NCBI GenBank assembly: GCA_041615815.1
Contig: JBFJCP010000015.1
Location: 1 to 64,000, forward strand
Length of the DNA stretch: 64,000 nt
From: Gemmatimonadales bacterium
GTDB lineage: Bacteria; Gemmatimonadota; Gemmatimonadetes; Gemmatimonadales; GWC2-71-9
Direction: 5' to 3'
Made by a program: the position numbers and the translations under genes. Below the pieces are notes generated by a model. The model saw nothing but the letters and a program-made list of their open reading frames with translations, did no database searches and was not told where the DNA came from. Positions 26,933 to 36,554 of this stretch are shown piece by piece. Each line of letters opens with the position of its first letter. Within the stretch, counting starts at the first letter, position 1.

Positions 26933-27517
26933 CTAGTCCAACGTGGGGTAACACGCGAGGGTGAATCGAAATGTCTCGTCGGCGGCCACGGGATCGCCCC
27001 CGAGAGCCCCGTAGCGACGGGCCAAGTCTTCGAATGTGGCCTTGAGCTCTCCGAGGAAGGCGGCACGCCGTTCCACGCTCGGGAGCGCCACGTCGACCGC
27101 CAGGGACAGCGACGGAACGTGCCCATCGTCGACGCTCCGCTCGCCGAGCCGGGCCACATCTTCGAGCATCGCTTCTGCGTGGCCAGCGAGCATCCTGAGA
27201 CTCGTTTGATCGCGCACCGCGCGCGCCCCACCCAGGCTCCAAACGAGACGGGGTGACAGCCAGTAGGACAGCGCCCGGGCGCGGTAGAAGCCCTCGACGA
27301 TGCCGTTGACGATGCGTTCACCCGAACGCTCGACCAGCCGGGCTCGCTCCATGGTCTTCACGTGGTAGTAGATCTTTTGTGGCGTCTCGCCAAGACGATC
27401 CGCCAACTCGGGACACGTGCGGGGCTCACCCATTTCGCGGAGCAAGGCAATCCTGAGTGGCTTGAGCAGAATCGCTGCCTGATCGACGGATTCCACCAAG
27501 AGAACGTCGTGCGTCAT
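26933..27517 (-). CDS. ArsR-like winged-helix transcriptional regulator
   Basis: LLKPLRIALL...TCPELADRLGETPQKIYYHVKTME...LV...EGFYRA. Confidence 0.85.
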   Translation of the reverse strand: MTHDVLLVESVDQAAILLKPLRIALLREMGEPRTCPELADRLGETPQKIYYHVKTMERARLVERSGERIVNGIVEGFYRARALSYWLSPRLVWSLGGARAVRDQTSLRMLAGHAEAMLEDVARLGERSVDDGHVPSLSLAVDVALPSVERRAAFLGELKATFEDLARRYGALGGDPVAADETFRFTLACYPTLD

Positions 27518-27546
27518 GCGGAGCGTGCCTCGAAAGAGGTTGAATG

Positions 27547-27574
27547 ACGTACAAGAAAATTTGTACGTTGTCAA
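27547..27574 (-). promoter_or_regulatory. Sigma70 -35 box with adjacent inverted-repeat operator
   Basis: TTGACA (27569-27574, minus strand) abutting ACGTACAA-N6-TTGTACGT with perfect 8-bp arms. Confidence 0.65.
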
Positions 27575-27864
27575 TCTAACGCCATCTTCACGGATGCGAA
27601 GCGTAGAGCCCCAGATTCTAGCCGTCACCCGGGGCGACGTGACTGGGCGAACTTCGTCGAGACGGACCTCGTCGGCCACACCCCCTCCCAGCGCGTAGGT
27701 CGTGCCGGGTGCTGCAGTGTGGAGCTTGGCAAACGTCTGGATCCTGACTGCATGAAGGCTTTGCTGATCCTCTTCTAAGCAAGACTTCAGAAACAGCCCT
27801 CTATCTTCGCCAGTATGAGGCCCCGTGGCGCCGCCTCTTGAGCCGCGGATGAGTAGGAGGTTTC

Positions 27865-29373
27865 GTGACACGCTTTCCCATCGTGGCCCACCACCGCGCC
27901 GCACCGCCCAGGAAGCTCCTCGATCGGGCGACGTCGCTGGCGCAGGAGCTTCAGGCTCAGCAGCCCGAACTGGTTCCGCGTGACGTGTTCCGCCCGCTCG
28001 TTGCCACCTCCCTCGACGACGCCCCCGCTCTGCATCTCGACGATCTCAGCACCATCGTGCAACTCGACCGGTTCTACGACGTGAGCTTTCTCCAAGACCG
28101 AGCCCGGTTCCGCGCAGCGGACGGAGACTTCGTGGCGACCTGCGGGCCACCCTCGCCGGAGTTCGAGAGCTACTGCGAGGAGCGCCTCGGGCTGGGCACC
28201 GTCACCTGGCTCCGGCCTCGCCCACGAGCGAACCCGCTGGGCGTGGCGGCGGCGTGCTGGACGGATCGGGAAGTCCGTCGATCCCTGGTCCGAGCCTGCC
28301 AACACAGTCGCCTGCGATATCTGCACCCGCACATGGGGAATTTTCCTGCGTGGGCAACCGCGCTGTTGCTGCAACGGGCTAGCCGCCGTCCACTGAGCGT
28401 CATCGCCCCACATCCGGGGCTCACCAAGCGGGTCAACAACAAGCTCTGGTTCGCCGATGTGGCGCGCCGCCTCTTTGGTGCGCGAGCCATCCCTCCCACC
28501 GCTGCCGCCTACAATCTCGCCACCGCCGCGCACCTGGTGCAGCAACTCACCCCCCGCTCCCGATCGATCGTGTTCAAGCTGCCAGCATCAGCTGGCGGTG
28601 CCGGGAACCTAGTGATCGAATCCAGACGACTGCGGGGACGCGCGCTGGGGGGCCTCCGAACAGAGCTCCGAGCCCGGTTGGCCGGATTGGGATGGACGGG
28701 CGAAGACCCCCTCCTGGTGGGGAGTTGGCAAACCGACGTGCTGGCCGCTCCCTCGACGCAGCTATGGATCCCTCCCGAAGATCACGGACGGCCCATCGTC
28801 GAAGGCGTCTTCCAGCAACTGCTCGAGGAATCCCAGGGAATCTTCCTCGGAAGCCGTGCCGCCGATCTTCCACTTGAGATCACTCGGGAACTCGTGGATC
28901 GGAGTTGGGTGCTCGGTAGGCTGTTTCAGCTACTCGGGTATGTGGGGCGTTGCTCTTTCGATCTCCTCCTCGTGGGCGACCGGCTCTCGGATTGCCGCGT
29001 GGAGTTCATCGAGTGCAACGGCCGCTGGGGGGGGACATCCCTGCCGATGAGCCTCATGAACCGCCTGTTTGGTGACTGGGCCCGTCAACCCTACGCGACC
29101 AATGAATGCATCGTGCCCGGCCTACAACGCATTAGCTACGGGGATATCTTGGAGTACTTCGCCAGCGAGCTCTACGATGCCCGGACTGGACGTGGCAGCT
29201 TGATCTTCTACAACCCCGGTGGGCTGGCCTTCAGGCCGGGGATTGATGTCCTCGTGATCGCTGAGAGTTGGGATGCCGCCGGTCATCGGGCGCAGGTCGA
29301 GATCCCACGCCGGTTGCGAGACCTGGCGTGGAGCGCGGGAGTCCCGACCACGGGATGGGCTCAGATCCGGTGA
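27865..29373 (+). CDS. preATP-grasp/ATP-grasp amide ligase-like protein
   Basis: NNKLWF, VFKLPASAGGAGN, PSTQ, GYVGRCSFD and FIECNGRWGG motifs; AGGAGG RBS. Confidence 0.8.
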   Translation: MTRFPIVAHHRAAPPRKLLDRATSLAQELQAQQPELVPRDVFRPLVATSLDDAPALHLDDLSTIVQLDRFYDVSFLQDRARFRAADGDFVATCGPPSPEFESYCEERLGLGTVTWLRPRPRANPLGVAAACWTDREVRRSLVRACQHSRLRYLHPHMGNFPAWATALLLQRASRRPLSVIAPHPGLTKRVNNKLWFADVARRLFGARAIPPTAAAYNLATAAHLVQQLTPRSRSIVFKLPASAGGAGNLVIESRRLRGRALGGLRTELRARLAGLGWTGEDPLLVGSWQTDVLAAPSTQLWIPPEDHGRPIVEGVFQQLLEESQGIFLGSRAADLPLEITRELVDRSWVLGRLFQLLGYVGRCSFDLLLVGDRLSDCRVEFIECNGRWGGTSLPMSLMNRLFGDWARQPYATNECIVPGLQRISYGDILEYFASELYDARTGRGSLIFYNPGGLAFRPGIDVLVIAESWDAAGHRAQVEIPRRLRDLAWSAGVPTTGWAQIR

Positions 29374-30194
29374 GTCGTCGCCCTCACGTCCCGCTCCACA
29401 CAGAGGACGGCACCGTCCGGAAGCTCCTCCCATGACTCGTCCGAGATCGGTTCCGAGGCCACCACCACAGCACGGTACGGCGCCCCGCTCTTGTGCTTCA
29501 CGTGGGGGATCCCGCAGATCTCGCAGTCGTGGACTCCGTACCGCGGCACCCAATAGAGGGAGTTCCGCCAGCGCGAGGCACACAGAATGTGCCCGTCGGT
29601 GAGGATGAAGTTGAGCTGTGCGGGTTTCTCCGATCGTGCGGCAACGCAGCGGGATTCCAGCGTGCAAACCGCCTTGCCCATGACCGTGGCGACTCGATGA
29701 CACCCGATATCCGCGTCGAGGTCGAGACCTGCCCGTTCCATCAGCGCGAGTAACCAATAGAAGACCAGCTCACTGTCGGTGCTTCCACGGCGGTGGGCGA
29801 GCAGCCTGGCCGGGATCTCCCCCTCGAGTTGGGGCGCGACCTCGGGAAACGCTCGCACCGTGCCATTGTGAATGAAGCTCCAGCGCCCATAGACAAACGG
29901 GTGGGTATTGGTCAGCGATGCTCCGCCGACGGTCGCCCGACGCACATGGGCGACCACCGTCCGCGCGTAGGTCCGCTCCGCCGCGGTGCTGAAATGAAGG
30001 TCGGCATAAGCCGCGGTATCGCGCCGCTCGATACGCGGCTGCCCGTCATCGTAGTGTGCAACACCCCACCCGTCGGGATGTGACTCGCCGCGGAGATCCG
30101 CTCGACTCTGGCTCATCAGGGCGTTCTGGGCGTAGGCGAGGCTGCACTCGACCTTGGTGAGCTCGTTGGCCCGGAACCCATAGAGCCGGCACAT
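29361..30194 (-). CDS. Class II glutamine amidotransferase / Ntn hydrolase (EgtC/YafJ-like)
   Basis: N-terminal MCR; HPDGWG, AHVRRAT, NTHPF, HNG, GSTDSE and VASEP motifs. Confidence 0.92.
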   Translation of the reverse strand: MCRLYGFRANELTKVECSLAYAQNALMSQSRADLRGESHPDGWGVAHYDDGQPRIERRDTAAYADLHFSTAAERTYARTVVAHVRRATVGGASLTNTHPFVYGRWSFIHNGTVRAFPEVAPQLEGEIPARLLAHRRGSTDSELVFYWLLALMERAGLDLDADIGCHRVATVMGKAVCTLESRCVAARSEKPAQLNFILTDGHILCASRWRNSLYWVPRYGVHDCEICGIPHVKHKSGAPYRAVVVASEPISDESWEELPDGAVLCVERDVRATTHRI

Positions 30195-30209
30195 GGTGAC
30201 GAGCCGACC

Positions 30210-30704
30210 TTACGAATCAGGCTGAGCGGTGGGTGAGCCGAGCGCGGTCCAGCGCCGTCCCCGCCGGCGCAGCTCCAGCAGCCGCTCCAACATCTCTTGT
30301 TTCGCCGGAGCCTCGAGGACATCCACATGACTGAGCAGCGTGCCGCAACTCAGCGCGTGCTCGAGCGCGGTCTCCACGTGCTCGACGAGTGCCTGTCGCT
30401 CGTGATCGGCGAATGGGTGGTCCGGTTCGCGGTTGAGCACCGTGCGGACGGCATCTTGCCCCTCGGCGTGCTCGTGATACAGCTGATCCACAAACGCCGA
30501 TCCGAGGATGCGGTCCAGCGTCGGATAGAACACCTGTTCTTCGAACGCCATGTGGGGGCCCGCGTCCTGATCCAGCCGATCGGCCTCCCGACGGGCCGCG
30601 ACGAGGTCGTTCTCCTTCAGCGCATCGAGGAGACGAAGGAGTCCGCGGGTGAGCTTCCGGTGATCCTCGAGAAACGCCTCGCGGAGTGGTGACGCCTTGG
30701 TCAT
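30210..30704 (-). CDS. Hemerythrin/HHE domain protein
   Basis: EDH...HMAFEEQVFYP...EH...H pattern. Confidence 0.78.
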   Translation of the reverse strand: MTKASPLREAFLEDHRKLTRGLLRLLDALKENDLVAARREADRLDQDAGPHMAFEEQVFYPTLDRILGSAFVDQLYHEHAEGQDAVRTVLNREPDHPFADHERQALVEHVETALEHALSCGTLLSHVDVLEAPAKQEMLERLLELRRRGRRWTALGSPTAQPDS

Positions 30705-30835
30705 CTGTCCTCCCCATCGGTCCCAGACGCAAACCTCAGTTCCTCGGATTGAAGTGCGGTTAAGGAACCGTTGAATCAGTCTTCACGCGCGCGCCTTCAT
30801 GTTGGCGGCACGTGGGCAAGAGCGAGCGGGTGAGA

Positions 30836-31732
30836 ATGGTCAACGTCTTGAGACCCATTGTGGCCGGTGTCGACGCGTCCGAGGACGGCGCGTGGGCCGG
30901 GGCGGTGGCGTGGCGGATCGCCGAACGGGCAGGCGCGCAGTGTCTGCTGGTGCACGCGGTGCGGCCGGTCGTCATTCCCCCAGGCGGCGTGCCCGGGATG
31001 GCAGACGAAGGTCGGATCGCGACGCACATGCTCCGCGTGGCACGCGAACAGATTCTCGAGTATCTCCGCGGAAATGTCCCGGAAGACAGCCTGGCAACGG
31101 TCGATGTCCGCTTCGGTGCCCCCGCCCGCGTGCTGGCGGAGACAGCGGCAGAGTGCGACGCGGGTCTTCTGGTCGTGGGTGGGAAGAAGCACCGGGCCCT
31201 AGGTCGATGGCTCGGGGGCAGCACAGCCCACGCGACCGTGCGAACTGCCTCCATCCCCGTCTTGATCAGCGTGGGCCCCCAGGCTGACATCGCCCGCGTG
31301 CTGGCGGCCGTGGACTTATCGCCCGCCGCGCGCGCGACCATTGAAACCGCCCAGCGCTGGGCGGAGGTGTTCGGCGCCGAGCTGCGGATCATGCACGCCA
31401 TCGAGGACCGGACCTTCGCCGTCGAGTACCCGACCTTTCTCGATCCCCACGCCCTCGAGCAACGTGTCTCGGAGGTCCTCGAAGAGCGCATCTGGCCGGC
31501 GATCACCCTCACGGACGCGGAGCGCGTCGTACGCCACGGCGAGCCGGCGCACGCCATCGCGAGCGAAGTGGAGGAGTGGGACGCGCACTTGGTGGTGTTG
31601 GGGTCGCACGGGCGAAGCTGGGTAGACCGCCTCATCCTCGGAAGTGTGACCGAACGGCTCTTGGGATGGCTCCCGACTTCGCTCCTCGTCGTCCCGGTGC
31701 GGCCCGATTCACCCCCCGCCGATCACGGATGA
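30836..31732 (+). CDS. Universal stress protein (tandem UspA domains)
   Basis: IVAGVDAS, VLAAVDLS and LVVLGSHG...ILGSVTE motifs. Confidence 0.92.
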   Translation: MVNVLRPIVAGVDASEDGAWAGAVAWRIAERAGAQCLLVHAVRPVVIPPGGVPGMADEGRIATHMLRVAREQILEYLRGNVPEDSLATVDVRFGAPARVLAETAAECDAGLLVVGGKKHRALGRWLGGSTAHATVRTASIPVLISVGPQADIARVLAAVDLSPAARATIETAQRWAEVFGAELRIMHAIEDRTFAVEYPTFLDPHALEQRVSEVLEERIWPAITLTDAERVVRHGEPAHAIASEVEEWDAHLVVLGSHGRSWVDRLILGSVTERLLGWLPTSLLVVPVRPDSPPADHG

Positions 31733-34219
31733 GTGGCCGGGTCGCCAGAGGATTCGGCTGACGAGCTCGGCAAACCCCCAGGTTGCGACGACACTCGCAC
31801 CCACCCAGACCCACGTTTCGATCGAGAGCGGCACCGTGTCGAACGCCGCCATCAGAACCGGCGCCCAGACCACGAGAATCTGCGCGAGAAAGCTGACGAT
31901 CACGGCCGCGTGCACTGTGAGATTCGGCGGGGGGCGCAGGTCCGTATGCCGGGCGGGATACGCAAAGAGCAGCTGCCCAGCCGCGAGAAACAGGAACGCC
32001 GCGGTCCGCGTGGCGTCGATCGAGGCACCGAGGATGCCGGGGAGCAACCCCAGGATGGCGAACGCCATCAGCGCCTTCAGGCTCCCGGAAAGCAGGATGA
32101 ACCGCAGGGACAGCTGGTCGAGCAGCGGTGCGGCGGGGTCTCGAGGAGGGCGCTCCATCACCCCAGGATTACGATCGAGCCCGAGGGCAAGCGCCGGGGC
32201 GCCGTCGGTGACGAGATTGATCCACAGCAGTTGCGCGGCCGTGAGCGGCAGCAACAGGTTACCCGCTTCGTCCCGCAAGCCCAGCAGGAACGACGCAAAG
32301 ACGCCGATAGTGACGACGAGCACCTCGGACAGGTTGGTCGAGAAGAGGAACCTGATGAATTTCTGGATATTCTCGTAGATGCTGCGACCCTCTTCGATGG
32401 CAGCCACGATCGTCGCGAAATTGTCGTCCAACAAAACGATGTCCGCGACCTCGCGGGTGACGTCACTCCCCCGCTCCCCCATCGCGACCCCCACGTCCGC
32501 GCGTTTGAGGGCCGGAGCATCGTTGACGCCGTCGCCGGTGAGGGCCACGATCTCGCCCTCCTGTTTCAGCGCCTCCACGATGCGAAGCTTGTGCTCGGGG
32601 CTGACCCGCGCAAAGACATGCGCCTCCCGCACGATGCGACGCAACTCGGGCTCGGACAGCGTGTCGAGGTCGGCACCGCTCACCACCTTCACGTCGTTGA
32701 TCCCAACGTTGCGTGCCACCGTCAATGCGGTCGCCGGGTGATCGCCAGTGATCATCAATACCCGAATGCCGGCGGCGCGCGCACGGCGCACCGCATCCGG
32801 CACTTCCGGCCGAGGTGGATCCCATAACAGAACGAGTCCGAGCCAGTGAAGCCCGGTCTCCGCATGCCCCTCCGCCCATGCGAGAGACAGGAGCCGGTAT
32901 CCCTCCGCCGCATACGCGTCGATCTTCTCCCGCCAGGCTACCCGAGCGGCCGGAGACATCTCGCAGCGTTCCAGAAGGACTTCTGGTGCCCCCTTCACAT
33001 AACTGACGCTGCGTCCACCCTCGTATCCCGACACGCCCATGAACTTCCAGGCCGAATCAAACGGCCGGCTGGAGGTCCGCTCGAAGTCGTCGCGGAGGGC
33101 TCGAGGCTCTCGTTCGTGACGCTGCGCGTACGCGAGGAGGGCGATCTCTAGGGGGTCACCGGCGGCGCCGTCGGTTTCAGCGTCGTTGGCCAGCACCATG
33201 GCGCGAAACGCTCGGTCGAGTTCCGGCGTGTCGATCGCTCGCACCTCGAGGCGATTCTCCGTGATCGTTCCCGTCTTGTCGGTCGCGATCACGGTGACAG
33301 AGCCCAGGGCTTCGACGGCCGCCAACCGTCGCACGACGGCCTTGCGCTTGGCCATCCGCTCGACGCCGAGCGCCAACGTCACGGTGAGCACCGCTGGCAG
33401 CCCCTCCGGGACGGCCGCAACCGCCAACGCCACCGCGAAAAGCAGCACGTGCCCGATACGACTCATCCCCTCCACCAGCACGCCACCCACGGCGATCAGG
33501 ACCGCCAGTGCGAGGATCCACCGCGCCACGCGATGCCCAAAGGCTTCGAGGCGCCGCTCCAACGGCGTGCGCTCGGCCGTGACCTCGCCGAGCATGGTGG
33601 CGAGACGGCCCATCGCGCTCGTGGGCCCGGTGCGCTGGACCTCGAGGTAGGCCTTGCCGCGCACCACCAGCGTGCCCGACAACGCCTCGTCCCCGACGTG
33701 CTTTTCCACCGGCAGGGACTCTCCGGTGAGCACCGATTCGTCCGCCGCCAGGTTTTCCGCCGTTCGGAGCGCCGCATCCGCCGGCACGCGGTCTCCGGCC
33801 TGCAGCCGAATGACGTCGCCCGGAACCAACGCGCGGCTCGGGAGATGGACGAGCGTGCCGTCGCGGAGCGTCCAGACCATGGGCGCAGCCAGCGCACGCA
33901 GCTTCTCGAGGGCGCTCTCGGCCTTGTGTTCCTGCCAGACACCGAGCGCTGCATTGAAGAGCAAGATCAGCCCGATGGCCACCGCCTCGAGCGGAAGCCC
34001 TTCACCCCGTTCGCCCACCCACACCGCGAGATCAACGGCCAGCGCAAACAGCAGAATGTAGATGAGGGGACTCTGGAACTGTCTTGCGAACCGACGCCAC
34101 AGCCGTTCGGGTGGCGTCTCGGGAAGCGCGTTGGGTCCAACTTGCTCCAGGGATCGTCGAGCCTCCTCAGTAGAAAGTCCCCGCGGCGAGCTCAGCGATT
34201 CGACTGGCATCGAGCGCAC
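31709..34219 (-). CDS. P-type cation (Ca2+-type, P-IIA) ATPase
   Basis: TGES, PEGL, DKTGT, KGAPE, TGDH, GDGVND and WINLVTD motifs. Confidence 0.95.
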   Translation of the reverse strand: MRSMPVESLSSPRGLSTEEARRSLEQVGPNALPETPPERLWRRFARQFQSPLIYILLFALAVDLAVWVGERGEGLPLEAVAIGLILLFNAALGVWQEHKAESALEKLRALAAPMVWTLRDGTLVHLPSRALVPGDVIRLQAGDRVPADAALRTAENLAADESVLTGESLPVEKHVGDEALSGTLVVRGKAYLEVQRTGPTSAMGRLATMLGEVTAERTPLERRLEAFGHRVARWILALAVLIAVGGVLVEGMSRIGHVLLFAVALAVAAVPEGLPAVLTVTLALGVERMAKRKAVVRRLAAVEALGSVTVIATDKTGTITENRLEVRAIDTPELDRAFRAMVLANDAETDGAAGDPLEIALLAYAQRHEREPRALRDDFERTSSRPFDSAWKFMGVSGYEGGRSVSYVKGAPEVLLERCEMSPAARVAWREKIDAYAAEGYRLLSLAWAEGHAETGLHWLGLVLLWDPPRPEVPDAVRRARAAGIRVLMITGDHPATALTVARNVGINDVKVVSGADLDTLSEPELRRIVREAHVFARVSPEHKLRIVEALKQEGEIVALTGDGVNDAPALKRADVGVAMGERGSDVTREVADIVLLDDNFATIVAAIEEGRSIYENIQKFIRFLFSTNLSEVLVVTIGVFASFLLGLRDEAGNLLLPLTAAQLLWINLVTDGAPALALGLDRNPGVMERPPRDPAAPLLDQLSLRFILLSGSLKALMAFAILGLLPGILGASIDATRTAAFLFLAAGQLLFAYPARHTDLRPPPNLTVHAAVIVSFLAQILVVWAPVLMAAFDTVPLSIETWVWVGASVVATWGFAELVSRILWRPGHSSVIGGG

Positions 34220-34223
34220 ATCC

Positions 34224-35219
34224 TCATGGACTGGTGAGGCGGTAGGTCGCGTACAACCCGGCGAGATACGTGAAGACCATGAACGCCGGCCCGGGTTCGA
34301 GGATCCAAATCCGGCGCTCCGATTTGTTCATGACGTCCAGCATGGCGAGCGTCATCAAGAGCGTACCGAACAGACCACCCACGGCGAGGCCCGGGTCGAC
34401 CTCGGCCAGCATTGAACCGGCTCCATGGACCAGGTCGAGCGGCACTAGCGCTGCCATGTTGAAGCAGTTGCTCCCCAGGAGATTGCCCACGGCCAGGTTG
34501 TAGGAGCCCGCCCTCACACTCCTGAACGAGACCGCTGCCTCCGGCAGCGATGTGGTGATCGCGAGTAAGAGCATCCCAGCGAAGCCCTGCGCGACGCCGA
34601 GTTGGTCAGCGAGACGCGCCGTCGAAGCAGCCAGCGAGGGTGCGGCCACCAGAATCACGAGCGCCGCCAAGGCGAACCAGACGAAGGCACGCTGGAGCGC
34701 GCGGGGGTGCGCCTTCCGTTGCTCGACTTCCGCGGGTGTCCGAAACGGTGGCTCCTCACGATTGCGATGGAGCAAACGCATACCGACGATGTACACGAAC
34801 CCTACCACCGCCGTAGACCAGCCGAAGGGAACGCTTCGCGGTCCCGCACCGGCGAGCACACCCAAGACGGCAAGCACGGTCAGAAGCACGCCGAGGGTAC
34901 CCACCAGCACCTGATTCATGGCAACGCGGGTGAGCAGCCGGGGCTGCCTCGTGGTCAGATCTGCCACGGCGAGGACGAACATGTTGGCCATACTCGAGCC
35001 AAACAGATCGCCCACGGCCAGCGAGACATTCTGTTGCAGCACGGCGTTGATGTCGGTGACGAGCTCGGGGAGCGACGTGGCCGCCGCCACGAGAATCGCG
35101 CCCACCCACATGCCCCCGAGCCCCGTGCCGCTGGCGATGGTGTCACCGTCTTTCGCCAGCCGCATACCGGCGCCGGCCACGGCGGCACCGCTCAGGAGAA
35201 AAGTGAGCCATATAGGCAT
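34224..35219 (-). CDS. Sodium:calcium antiporter (CaCA family)
   Basis: Two alpha repeats: ATSLPE...GDLFGSS and TTSLPE...GNLLGSN. Confidence 0.92.
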   Translation of the reverse strand: MPIWLTFLLSGAAVAGAGMRLAKDGDTIASGTGLGGMWVGAILVAAATSLPELVTDINAVLQQNVSLAVGDLFGSSMANMFVLAVADLTTRQPRLLTRVAMNQVLVGTLGVLLTVLAVLGVLAGAGPRSVPFGWSTAVVGFVYIVGMRLLHRNREEPPFRTPAEVEQRKAHPRALQRAFVWFALAALVILVAAPSLAASTARLADQLGVAQGFAGMLLLAITTSLPEAAVSFRSVRAGSYNLAVGNLLGSNCFNMAALVPLDLVHGAGSMLAEVDPGLAVGGLFGTLLMTLAMLDVMNKSERRIWILEPGPAFMVFTYLAGLYATYRLTSP

Positions 35220-35538
35220 CGCGGGCACGCTCCTTCGCGCGCTGTGCACTGGAGCAAGAGTGCCGGATCACCGAGAGGCACTACCGGAAGCCCCGCTCTC
35301 GCGACGGGCGAGTCCGCGCTGCGGGGTACGCGCGAGCATGGACGGCTACCACGGCCAAGCTCGGTGCGTTCGGATGAAGGAAGTGTGAAACGGTGTTCAG
35401 CGAGCGGTCAAGCGGCACGCCACGCCGCGCGGGGAGAATGCGAGATGCGCGTACCCTGCGGCCGGTCAGGACCTAGACCCTCAGGCGGCCGCGGCGACCT
35501 CCGAGATTGCGAATCCCCGGCCTAGGGCGTGACCGGGA

Positions 35539-35760
35539 TTATCCTTTGTAGCGGTAGGTGATACGGCCGCGGCTGAGATCGTAGGGCGAGAGAGCCACGG
35601 TGACCCGGTCACCGGCGAGCACGCGAATCCTGAAGCGGCGCATCTTCCCGGCGAGGGTACAGAGCACCGTATGCGAGTTCTCGAGCAGCACGCGGAACAT
35701 GGCGTTGGGCAGCACCTCGGTGACCGTGCCTTCCAGCTCGATCGCATCAGTTTTTGCCAT
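35539..35760 (-). CDS. infA: Translation initiation factor IF-1
   Basis: [24 protein letters not shown]...GKMR...IRVLAGDRV...[13 protein letters not shown]. Confidence 0.96.
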   Translation of the reverse strand: MAKTDAIELEGTVTEVLPNAMFRVLLENSHTVLCTLAGKMRRFRIRVLAGDRVTVALSPYDLSRGRITYRYKG

Positions 35761-35771
35761 CGGGAGCCGTT

Positions 35772-35966
35772 CTAGGATCGGCGCTGGCGGAAGCGGCGAC
35801 GTCGACGTGCGGCAGCCTGCGCTTTCTTGCGCTTGGCCTCGCTGGGCTTCACGTAATAGCGCTTCTGCCTGAGGTCTTTGAGAATCCCCGAACGCTGCAC
35901 TTTGCGTCGAAAGGCCTTGATGGCCCATTCGACTCGATCGTCATCCCCGAGAATGATCTCGGTCAT
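35772..35966 (-). CDS. rpsU: 30S ribosomal protein S21
   Basis: AIKAFRRKV...GILKDL...YYVKPSE...RR pattern; AAAGGAG RBS. Confidence 0.92.
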   Translation of the reverse strand: MTEIILGDDDRVEWAIKAFRRKVQRSGILKDLRQKRYYVKPSEAKRKKAQAAARRRRRFRQRRS

Positions 35967-35998
35967 CGAAACTCCTTTCGTTCCACCAACTGGAATTG

Positions 35999-36034
35999 AA
36001 ACGGGGCCACCCCCATCGGAGTGGACCCCGTTTT
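35999..36034. terminator. Hairpin (possibly bidirectional terminator) between csp and rpsU
   Basis: AAACGGGG.CCAC...GTGG.CCCCGTTTT. Confidence 0.6.
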
Positions 36035-36062
36035 GACTCAATCACGCAACAACAGAATGGAC

Positions 36063-36275
36063 TCAGTCGCCGACTGGGCTAACGTTCTGCGCCGCAGGTC
36101 CCTTCTGCCCCTGGACCACGTCGAACTCCACCTGCTGTCCCTCGCGGAGGGACTTGAAGCCCGTGCCGTTGATCGCCGAGTGATGGACGAATACGTCCTT
36201 CTCTCCGTTCTCGGGCGTGATGAAACCAAAGCCTTTTGCGTCGTTGAACCACTTCACGGTTCCTCGGGTACGCAT
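36063..36275 (-). CDS. csp: Cold-shock protein (CspA family)
   Basis: [15 protein letters not shown] (RNP1), DVFVHHS (RNP2) and KGPAAQNV. Confidence 0.97.
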   Translation of the reverse strand: MRTRGTVKWFNDAKGFGFITPENGEKDVFVHHSAINGTGFKSLREGQQVEFDVVQGQKGPAAQNVSPVGD

Positions 36276-36402
36276 GCCGTACTCCTCTTGTTCTGTCGAT
36301 GTTCGTCGGAGTCCGGTCGTACCGTACTAGCCGAGCGTCCATCTTTTTCCGCGCGGCGCTGTCGCCCCCGCGCTGGGCTGCCGCGTTCGCGGCACGGACA
36401 AC

Positions 36403-36434
36403 AAAAACGAGGACTGGCGTCCTGCCGGTCCTCG
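36403..36434 (-). terminator. Intrinsic terminator upstream of csp
   Basis: Minus strand CGAGGACCGGC-AGGAC-GCCAGTCCTCG followed by TTTTTGTTG. Confidence 0.7.
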
Positions 36435-36554
36435 AGCATGTCACTCGTATGGTCGCACCCCCCAGAGGGGCGCTTGTGACGCCAGCACAATGTAATGACT
36501 GGGCCCCTCCAGTGCCAGGGCAGACGGCCTGGAGCTCCGGGGGCCCTGCGCCCA

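Noticed and set aside
29361..30194. egtC / ergothioneine pathway
   Set aside because: Family-level similarity only; no egtA/B/D nearby.
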